Shown here: positions 15,148 to 21,924 of the stretch, in pieces
Layout of the letters: each line of letters starts with the position of its first letter
Numbering within the stretch: position 1 is the stretch's first letter
The notes under the pieces: generated by a model
Databases searched by the model: none
What the model was told of the DNA's origin: nothing
What the model saw: the letters and a program-made list of their open reading frames with translations, nothing else
Translations under genes and position numbers: made by a program
Assembly (NCBI GenBank): GCA_043812915.1
Contig: JBDRLQ010000003.1
Location: 128,047-192,046 of the forward strand
Source of the DNA: Candidatus Micrarchaeota archaeon
GTDB lineage: Archaea; Micrarchaeota; Micrarchaeia; Anstonellales; Bilamarchaeaceae
DNA length: 64,000 nt
Direction of reading: 5' to 3'

Positions 15148-17238
15148 ATGGCAGCGCCACCACAACCTCGCGGAATACAGTGCACTGTTGCTATCCAGGA
15201 AATGAATGCCCAGGAGGCCTCCAGGGCAATGGCGAACCCGTTGCAGCGCGAGGGGGAGCGGATTTCAGTCCGTCTGGTTGTCCCGGCAAGGACCGGCTAT
15301 CTTTCCGCCGAGATCCCGGCACAGGCGGTGAATGAGGTGCTTGATTGGGCCTCACATATCCAGAGCCCGCAGGATAGGCGGGATTTTATCAGCCAGTGGC
15401 TCAGCGACAATATCGCGCGCATCAGGCGTGCCCATGACGGCGCCGCCAGGGATGCAACTGCCTTCGATTTCAGCGTTGTTCCTGTCCGGGAAGTGCGCAT
15501 TGTGCGCAGTATCGAGGATATAGTCCCAAGTCTGACTTTCGATCCCACCGCCATTGCCGCGCTCGTTGCCCGGGATGGCCAGGTGGCGGTAGCGAGCCGG
15601 GACACGCGCATATTCTCCGAGAGACGGCAGGCGCTTACTACTTTGGGCAGGGGAATCGGCCGCCTGCTCAGGCTCCACCAAAGAACCAGCGGAGGGCTCA
15701 ACCAGGATCAGATCAGGCTTCTTATCGGCCAGGTCCCTGTCGATCAGATAGAAACACTCCTCCGGCCGCTCGGCCTTGAGCGCAGGGACAGTGCAGCACT
15801 GCAGGAACTGCTTGCAGGTGGCCAGAGGACAACCGCCGGCGATGTCGTGATGGTGCCCGGAATCATCGTGAGAATAAACCAGCTGATGATGGACGAGCCT
15901 GAAAGGGACAGGATTTCCCCGGTCACCCTTGACCGGCGCGCCGCTGATGAGGCAAGGGAGCGCATGACTGAACTCCGGCGCATCGGAAGCGCTGAGGGGA
16001 GAGCGCTTGCCACCAGCATCGAGCGGGCCATCGGAACAGTCCGGAGGCCGCAGCTGCTTTCACTTATAGAGGATGCCGACAGGCTAATCAGCGCCGCTGG
16101 GAGCAGGGACGAAGCTGCTGAAGTCGCTGCAGTGAGGCAGGCAAGCGAGCCTGCACGGACTGCCGCCTCCCGCCTCAGGGAACTTGCCAGGGATACGAGG
16201 GTCGGAAATCTCATGGCATCTGCAACCGTCGCTGCCCTCTCAATCCAGCAGGAACTCGGGCGCGAGGCTCCAAGGTCATCCAGGCTAAGGCAGCTCACAA
16301 CAGAAGCACAGTTACTAATCACGCGCATGGAAGCTGCCATAGCATCGGCCGAAGAGGCTGCTGGAAGGCAGGCTTTGCTTACAGAAAGGCGGGGAATCGC
16401 GCAGGCCAGGATAGCAACCATAGACGGGCTGCAGTCCCAGGATGGGGTTACTCCGGCGCACAGGAGGTCTGCAGCAGCCCTGCTAAGCCAGCTCCGCGCC
16501 GCAAGGGAAGGAACGGATGCCGCACTCCTGCAAAGGAGAGTTGCCGAGGCGGACACCCTGATTGCGCTTTTGCGCGCTGACATTGACAGGCATGCTGCCC
16601 GGGCCCCGCCCGCAGCGCCAACCGGCACCCTGAGGCAGCCCACTGCCGTTGCGGCAGAGCACAGCCAGCTCCTGCAGGAATTCGCCAGGCTCCTCCATCG
16701 GCGCACTGACTTCTACTCCCGCCGCCGGGAAAATCCGATAGTGCTTCACCTTGCGAACCTGTCAGAAACCTACCGGGTTGATGCTGGCGATGTCCTCTAT
16801 GACGGCGGAGTGAGGGAAGCATCCCTCGATTATGAGGGACAGACATTCAGGTATCTTACATTCATTACCGCGGCCGATGTCAGGCAGGTCTATCGTGGCC
16901 TTCCTGAGAGATACAGGACAGCTGCACGGGATGCCCGATTCCGTCCTGCCGGTGCTTCTGCCCTCAGCATGCTAGCGCTTCCTTCGGCCCGTCAGGGCGC
17001 TTCTCCTACTGTGGACGGAGAATTGCTCGAGCAGATACGCACCAGGCTCACAACGCAGTATCTTGCCCAGGCCCGCCGCGCTCTTGAGGCGGCAGGGCTC
17101 AATATGGGTACAAGGATTCAGCTGGAAGGCGGTGCGGAAAGGACCATCGGCCAGATTGTCCAGGACCAGGTTACCGAGGCGGTCCGCGGCGTGCTCCAGG
17201 ATATCACCACAGTTACTACAATAAGGATGGAGCCGTGA
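15148..17238 (+). CDS. Hypothetical large Ala/Arg/Leu/Glu-rich helical protein with no lysine
   Basis: The track ORF begins at TTG 15130. ATG 15148 fits the TATA. I find no K anywhere in the 697-aa product and see no signal peptide. The region is GC-rich and carries a 320-aa shadow ORF on the minus strand. I recognise no family. Confidence 0.55.
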   Translation: MAAPPQPRGIQCTVAIQEMNAQEASRAMANPLQREGERISVRLVVPARTGYLSAEIPAQAVNEVLDWASHIQSPQDRRDFISQWLSDNIARIRRAHDGAARDATAFDFSVVPVREVRIVRSIEDIVPSLTFDPTAIAALVARDGQVAVASRDTRIFSERRQALTTLGRGIGRLLRLHQRTSGGLNQDQIRLLIGQVPVDQIETLLRPLGLERRDSAALQELLAGGQRTTAGDVVMVPGIIVRINQLMMDEPERDRISPVTLDRRAADEARERMTELRRIGSAEGRALATSIERAIGTVRRPQLLSLIEDADRLISAAGSRDEAAEVAAVRQASEPARTAASRLRELARDTRVGNLMASATVAALSIQQELGREAPRSSRLRQLTTEAQLLITRMEAAIASAEEAAGRQALLTERRGIAQARIATIDGLQSQDGVTPAHRRSAAALLSQLRAAREGTDAALLQRRVAEADTLIALLRADIDRHAARAPPAAPTGTLRQPTAVAAEHSQLLQEFARLLHRRTDFYSRRRENPIVLHLANLSETYRVDAGDVLYDGGVREASLDYEGQTFRYLTFITAADVRQVYRGLPERYRTAARDARFRPAGASALSMLALPSARQGASPTVDGELLEQIRTRLTTQYLAQARRALEAAGLNMGTRIQLEGGAERTIGQIVQDQVTEAVRGVLQDITTVTTIRMEP

Positions 17239-17280
17239 TTTTCCGGCATCTCTTTATTCTTTTTATCCCTAATCATCAGC

Positions 17281-17847
17281 ATGGCAAACAGGGCTACTAT
17301 CCAGGAAGAGGTTGTTCGGACTGATTTGGATTTTGTTCCGGTTGATACCAGTTCGACGCAGGAGCAGCGCAGGGAAACCGCGCTGACGCTTGTTGATGAA
17401 CTGCAGGGAAGGCTCCATTCAGCCAGGAATCTGACGAATGCGGACCGGCTCAGGATATTCGATTCCTTATCGGGTCTTGAGGGCGCTGTAGCAGCGGATG
17501 ACAAGGATGGGATGATGGAAGAAATGGCAACTGCGCGGGCCCTTCTGCGCAGGCTTCCGCTGCCACATCCAGGCGGGTACCCTCCCAATGTGGAAACAGG
17601 CACCTTTGAAGAGCAGGATTTCAGGGACACGGCCCAGATGTATGAAGTTAACCTGAGCGGGCAGATTGATGAACTGCGCCAGAGCGGACTTCGGCTCGTT
17701 GTAATGAATTACGCAGAGGAGATTATCAGGCGGCTCCACAACGAGTCCGGGCGCCAGCCGCTGAACAGAACCGCGATAAACGAGCTCATCCAGGAGGCTG
17801 AAGGCATCTCCAGGCAGATTGAGGAAATCATCACTGCAAATCGCTAG
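17281..17847 (+). CDS. Hypothetical 188-aa helical protein with a single lysine
   Basis: Preceded by a T-rich/TATA-like tctttattctttttatccc at 17250-17268. Its composition resembles the upstream lysine-free protein. I recognise no family. Confidence 0.45.
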   Translation: MANRATIQEEVVRTDLDFVPVDTSSTQEQRRETALTLVDELQGRLHSARNLTNADRLRIFDSLSGLEGAVAADDKDGMMEEMATARALLRRLPLPHPGGYPPNVETGTFEEQDFRDTAQMYEVNLSGQIDELRQSGLRLVVMNYAEEIIRRLHNESGRQPLNRTAINELIQEAEGISRQIEEIITANR

Positions 17848-17893
17848 AGGGTTTTTGGCGGACAATCGTTTGCGGCGCTCGTGGCAACCTTAT

Positions 17894-17903
17894 CATTTAT
17901 AAT
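17894..17903 (+). promoter_or_regulatory. TATA-box-like element (catttataat) upstream of the Zn-ribbon gene
   Basis: Its centre is about 27 nt upstream of ATG 17926, so the mRNA is predicted to be leaderless. Confidence 0.45.
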
Positions 17904-17925
17904 CCATCGACTCCCTTATCTGGTG

Positions 17926-18657
17926 ATGGGCAGGTGCATCCGCTGCGGCAGGGAAGGCCATATGGAATACGGCAGTGATGGCCAGGCCTACTGTGGTTCC
18001 TGCGTGTTCTATGGGATGAACAAACCATGCTGGAGGTGTGGGATGTATGTTCCTGCATCAGAGCTCCAGCAGTACAAGGGGCAGTGGATGTGCCCGATAT
18101 GCATAGGGGATGCCAGGGCGGCGGACGCGCGCGTGAGCTACAAAGAGCCGACATACAAGAAAAATGATTATCCTATGCAGGTGCATTCCTACGAGGAGAC
18201 TTGCGAGAAGTGCGGAAGAACTCTTGTCACGGTGTACATCCTCAACGGGAAGAAGCTCTGCTGGACATGCCTGCATGAGGAGCAGGACAAGTGGACAATC
18301 GTTGGTGGGGAGAAGCCGCCGACCGTGCCTATGAAGATGACTGTCGAGGCGCAGAGGAAATCCGCGCTCAGGAAATTCTTCGAGCACGTATTCTCCGAAT
18401 TCCTCGCATTGTTCGGGGTGAGGTGGAAGCCCCGGGAACCAGTCTCGCAGGTTGTCGCGCTCAAGGCAACGCAGTCAAAGAGGCCCAGGCGCTCCTTCGG
18501 CAGGCCGATGGTGTCTGGGATGAGGAAGGAGCGCGAGGATGCGGTTCCAAGCACAGAGGGGATAATCAAGGGGAAGCCGAAAACGCCCCGCAAGAAATCC
18601 TCCGACGTAACCTTCCCGGAATACCAGAAAAAGGACAAAAAGAAGGATAAAAAATGA
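17926..18657 (+). CDS. Hypothetical multi-zinc-ribbon protein with a Lys-rich tail
   Basis: The track ORF starts at GTG 17881. ATG 17926 (MGRCIRCG) fits the TATA. CxxC pairs are CIRCG..CGSC, CWRCG..CPIC and CEKCG..CWTC. The C-terminus reads KGKPKTPRKKSS..KKDKKKDKK. Confidence 0.55.
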   Translation: MGRCIRCGREGHMEYGSDGQAYCGSCVFYGMNKPCWRCGMYVPASELQQYKGQWMCPICIGDARAADARVSYKEPTYKKNDYPMQVHSYEETCEKCGRTLVTVYILNGKKLCWTCLHEEQDKWTIVGGEKPPTVPMKMTVEAQRKSALRKFFEHVFSEFLALFGVRWKPREPVSQVVALKATQSKRPRRSFGRPMVSGMRKEREDAVPSTEGIIKGKPKTPRKKSSDVTFPEYQKKDKKKDKK

Positions 18658-18740
18658 TTACTGCCCTTAAAAAATACTTATAAACCCTACCATACTCTAA
18701 CTAATACAAATAAATCCACGCCCCAGGGCGGGGGAGGGGA

Positions 18741-19244
18741 ATGCTTACATACGCTGTTCTTCGCGATATTCAGAAACGTGAGATGGAATCATCTGCAATC
18801 GTTCAGTTGCAGGATGGCTTCTACACGCAAGTCGCGGAGTTCCTCTCCAGCAAGAAGGACGAGGCCGCCGGTGGGGACATGCTCTCTCTTCGGGAGTATG
18901 AGAACATCAAGAAGATTGTCCGCGATGTCCAGACAAAAAGGGAGGAGAAAATCGTCCTCATGGCAATTCGTGGGAATATTGCGGGCGCGGGGCTCACCTC
19001 CGAGGAGCAGGATATGCTCAGGGAGCTGATATCCACAATCGATAAGGTCCGCGGGAAGCTGGTCGGAATCTGGGGCACCGAGAGAAAGGCCAACCGGAAG
19101 AAGGTCAAGCTCCTTCAGGATGTTGAACAGTATAAAGGTCTTGATAATAAGGTATATGGCCCCTTTAAGCAGGGGGAAGAACAGACGCTGCCAGGCGGTG
19201 AGGCCGAATGGCTTGCCAGATCAGGCATGGCCGAGCTGGCTTAG
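18741..19244 (+). CDS. GINS complex subunit (Gins51/Gins15-type)
   Basis: 167 aa. The N-terminal helical A-domain pattern is LRDIQKRE...LQDGFYTQVAEFL...EYENIKKIVRDVQTKREEKIVLMAI. The C-terminal B-domain is VKLLQDVEQYKGLDNKVYGPFKQGEEQTLPGGEAEWLARSGMAE. This resembles archaeal Gins51. Confidence 0.6.
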   Translation: MLTYAVLRDIQKREMESSAIVQLQDGFYTQVAEFLSSKKDEAAGGDMLSLREYENIKKIVRDVQTKREEKIVLMAIRGNIAGAGLTSEEQDMLRELISTIDKVRGKLVGIWGTERKANRKKVKLLQDVEQYKGLDNKVYGPFKQGEEQTLPGGEAEWLARSGMAELA

Positions 19245-19262
19245 GCAGAAAAGGTGAAGAAA

Positions 19263-19544
19263 ATGAAATTTCCGAAAGAAATCAATGCGTATTGTCCTTT
19301 TTGCATGGCTCACAAGCCGCACAAGGTGAAGCTGGCCAGCAAGGGCAGGCCGCGCACTATGGCAAAGGGCAACAGGGCCCACAACCGCAGCCTCATGGGG
19401 CACGGTGGTAAGAGGGCAGGCGAAAAGTCTGTCAAGAAGCAGGGAAAGAAGCAGAAGGCGATGCTTATGTGCTCGGCGTGCAGCAAGAAGCACGAGAGGA
19501 TAGTCGGCGGCAGGACCACGCGCAAGCTTGAGTTAAGGTCATAG
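19263..19544 (+). CDS. rpl44e: 50S ribosomal protein L44e (eL42)
   Basis: MKFPKEINAYCPFCMAHKPHKVKL...CSACSKKHERIVGGRTTRKLEL, a zinc-ribbon L44e signature. GGTGA lies 8 nt upstream of ATG 19263. The track ORF starts at GTG 19254. Confidence 0.85.
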   Translation: MKFPKEINAYCPFCMAHKPHKVKLASKGRPRTMAKGNRAHNRSLMGHGGKRAGEKSVKKQGKKQKAMLMCSACSKKHERIVGGRTTRKLELRS

Positions 19545-19554
19545 AGGTTTTATT

Positions 19555-19716
19555 ATGAGCAAATATTTCAGAGTGAAGTGCAAGTGCGGCGAGGAGAAGA
19601 ATGTCTTCAGCCATATCACGTCGATTGTTTATTGCGACTCCTGCAAGGAGCCCCTGGCACACCCGTCAGGCGGGGAAGCTGTCATTCATGGCGAAATCGT
19701 CAAAGAGTACGAGTAG
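19555..19716 (+). CDS. rps27e: 30S ribosomal protein S27e (eS27)
   Basis: Below the ORF-track size cutoff. My translation is MSKYFRVKCKCGEEKNVFSHITSIVYCDSCKEPLAHPSGGEAVIHGEIVKEYE, with a C-x-C...C-x2-C zinc ribbon. It sits between L44e and aIF2alpha, as is conserved in archaea. Confidence 0.85.
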   Translation: MSKYFRVKCKCGEEKNVFSHITSIVYCDSCKEPLAHPSGGEAVIHGEIVKEYE

Positions 19717-19755
19717 GTGGTCTAAATCCCGGAACTGCCTGACAGAAATGAGCTT

Positions 19756-20484
19756 GTGATGGCGACCATCAGGAAGATAATGCCCTATGGGGCATTCTGC
19801 ATTCTTCCGGAATACGACAACCTGGAGGCGTTCCTCCATGTTTCCGAGGTCGCCCCCAGATGGATAAAGAACATCCACGAATTCATATCAGAAGGGCAGA
19901 AGCACGTCATGAAAATCCACCGGGTCGACCGGGACAGGAACCAGGTGGATGTTTCCATAAAGCGGGTCAGCGATGAGGAGAGGCGCAGGAAGCAGGAGCA
20001 GGTCCGCACGGAAAAGCGCGCTGAAAAATTGCTGGAGCTTTCCATCAAGACCTCCAAGGCTTCCCTTAAGCCCGAGGAAGCGGCAAAGATAATCGAGGAG
20101 CAGTTCGGAGATGTCTATTCATGCTTCAGGGAGGCGATGGAAGGCGGGGATTCTGTCCTGAAAGAGCTTGACCTCCCAAAGGCGCTCAAGGCAGCAATGG
20201 TTGAAATCGCCAAGAAGAACATCAAGAAGCCAACCGTGATAGTTACCGGGGTTATCTCTCTCACATGCTTTGGCCCCGGAGGGGTATCGGACCTTCACAA
20301 GGCGCTTGATGTGGATGACAAATCGGTCTCAATCCTTTACCTTGGAGCGCCGTCATACAAGATTACGGTCACCGCCTCCGACTACAAGGCTGCAGAGAAG
20401 ACGCTTGCGGCGGTTGTAGAACAAATAAAAGGCTTCGCCCAGAAGAACAATTGCGAGTTCGGCTTTGAGCGGGAAAAGGCCTGA
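19756..20484 (+). CDS. eif2a: Translation initiation factor 2 alpha subunit (aIF2-alpha)
   Basis: S1 domain (MATIRKIMPYGAFCILPEYDNLEAFLHVSEVAPRWIKNI...VDVSIKRV), followed by helical and alpha-beta domains. The first canonical starts are GTG 19756 and ATG 19759. See the finding on the upstream in-frame conserved residues. Confidence 0.85.
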   Translation: MMATIRKIMPYGAFCILPEYDNLEAFLHVSEVAPRWIKNIHEFISEGQKHVMKIHRVDRDRNQVDVSIKRVSDEERRRKQEQVRTEKRAEKLLELSIKTSKASLKPEEAAKIIEEQFGDVYSCFREAMEGGDSVLKELDLPKALKAAMVEIAKKNIKKPTVIVTGVISLTCFGPGGVSDLHKALDVDDKSVSILYLGAPSYKITVTASDYKAAEKTLAAVVEQIKGFAQKNNCEFGFEREKA

Positions 20485-20492
20485 GGGAGCGC

Positions 20493-20651
20493 ATGAAAAA
20501 GATGATGCGCTGTCCGGCCTGCTCCGCATATACTCTTGCTGCGGAACACTGCGGCAGAAGAACGGTATCTGCGCATCCGCCCCCTTTCAAGCCGGATGAC
20601 CGCTACGGAGCTTACCGTAGGCAATGGAAAAAGAGCGGGGTCGTAACATGA
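20493..20651 (+). CDS. nop10: H/ACA RNP component Nop10
   Basis: Below the track cutoff. My translation is MKKMMRCPACSAYTLAAEHCGRRTVSAHPPPFKPDDRYGAYRRQWKKSGVVT, with the Nop10 zinc ribbon and the HP..F.P.D.Y..YR motif. Its stop overlaps the next ATG (ATGA). Confidence 0.8.
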   Translation: MKKMMRCPACSAYTLAAEHCGRRTVSAHPPPFKPDDRYGAYRRQWKKSGVVT

Positions 20652-21406
20652 AAGAAACCACGATAATAGAAAGGGAAGCTGTCAAGCTTAGGGATGGCGT
20701 CCTTATCACGGGATTGCCCGGCATCGGCCTCATCGGCCAGGTGGTCGGCAGGTATCTGGTCAAGGAGCTCAAGGCGAGGAAAATCGCAACGCTCCTTTCC
20801 CCGCATTTTCCGCATCAGGTCTTCATGACCAAGAAAGGCGGGATGCGCATCATCAGGAACAGCTTCTATGTTGTAAAGCGAAAGAAGGCAAACCTGCTCA
20901 TTTTAGTCGGCGACGTGCAGGCGATGAGCTCTGTCGGCCAGTACGAGGTCGCGGACACAATCCTGGATTACGCGCAGAAAGTGGGCGTGAATACTGTCAT
21001 GACTGTCGGCGGGTATAGTACTGGCAAGCTCAGGGAGAAAAGGCGCCTTTTTGCGGTCGCGACATCGGATGAGATAAGAAAGAAATTCAGCAAGTACGGC
21101 GTGATTTTCGGGAAGGCGAAAGGCTCTATCGTAGGGGCCGCCGGATTGCTTCCTGTTCTTGGCAGGCTCAAAGGCCTGGACGGCATCTGCCTGATGGGCG
21201 AAACCCACGGCGGATATGTTGACCCTCTCTCAGCAAGGGAAATCGTGAAGCTGCTTTCGACCTATTTCGAATTCGAGGTAAGCCTGAGGAAGCTGGACGA
21301 GCGCGCAAAAGAGAGTGAGAAGCTCCTCAAGAGGATGGAGGAGGAAATCCAGAAGGGGATGCCGCAGGCCACGCTGCCGACCGAAGGGGTATCATACATA
21401 AGATGA
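20648..21406 (+). CDS. Proteasome assembly chaperone (PAC2) family protein
   Basis: VLITGLPGIGLIGQVVGRYLVKEL...LILVGDVQA...TVGGY match the pattern of archaeal PAC2/COG1938 proteins, and the position after Nop10 is conserved. The track ORF begins at 20624, but ATG 20648 is coupled to the Nop10 stop. Confidence 0.7.
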   Translation: MKETTIIEREAVKLRDGVLITGLPGIGLIGQVVGRYLVKELKARKIATLLSPHFPHQVFMTKKGGMRIIRNSFYVVKRKKANLLILVGDVQAMSSVGQYEVADTILDYAQKVGVNTVMTVGGYSTGKLREKRRLFAVATSDEIRKKFSKYGVIFGKAKGSIVGAAGLLPVLGRLKGLDGICLMGETHGGYVDPLSAREIVKLLSTYFEFEVSLRKLDERAKESEKLLKRMEEEIQKGMPQATLPTEGVSYIR

Positions 21407-21542
21407 GCATGAGTTCCGGGGATATCCATGAGGGCCGGCAGGCACGATTGCCTTAGGCTCTTCATGCGAAATTCTCTCTGCTTCTGCTGACTCAGGAAAA
21501 ACAGCCGTGAGAAACAAAAATGGAAAAATAGCGGTTGAGCGA

Positions 21543-21833
21543 TTATTCAACCGTCATCTTGCCGAATTTGCCAAGGGTGAGCTGGGGGTTTCCCTGCCAC
21601 TCATTGACATAGCCATTCTCAATCTTTATCTTGTTCCCTTCCTTGATTTTGTCAATCTCGTCATTCCAGAGAACAAGTGTTATCGTTCCGCTGTCATCCT
21701 TGATTGTCGCGTTGGCAACCCTCAGCTTCCTGCCATACTTGTTTATCTCGCGGGGCTCTTCAATTGAGACTACTTCGGCGTCAAGATTCACGCTGCCGGT
21801 ACCCGGGCTCAGTTCACTTATTTTCATGTTCAA
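21543..21833 (-). CDS. OB-fold nucleic-acid-binding protein (small SSB/RPA-like)
   Basis: 96 aa: KISELSPGTGSVNLDAEVVSIEEPREINKYGRKLRVANATIKDDSGTITLVLWNDEIDKIKEGNKIKIENGYVNEWQGNPQLTLGKFG. This is a typical single-OB-fold pattern. Confidence 0.65.
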   Translation of the reverse strand: MNMKISELSPGTGSVNLDAEVVSIEEPREINKYGRKLRVANATIKDDSGTITLVLWNDEIDKIKEGNKIKIENGYVNEWQGNPQLTLGKFGKMTVE

Positions 21834-21924
21834 TTACACCTCTCGAATAGATTTCTAAAAATAGAAGGGTAAACTATTTAAAAATTGGCATTACTTCTTT
21901 AGTTGATATCCGGGTGAATATTCT

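Noticed and set aside
15744-16706. A 320-aa minus-strand ORF inside the lysine-free gene, plus 16448..16846 and 15297..15701.
   Set aside because: These Ser/Ala/Cys/Arg-rich ORFs are antisense shadows in GC-rich DNA. The plus-strand ORF is more than twice as long and is bounded by a promoter and a stop.
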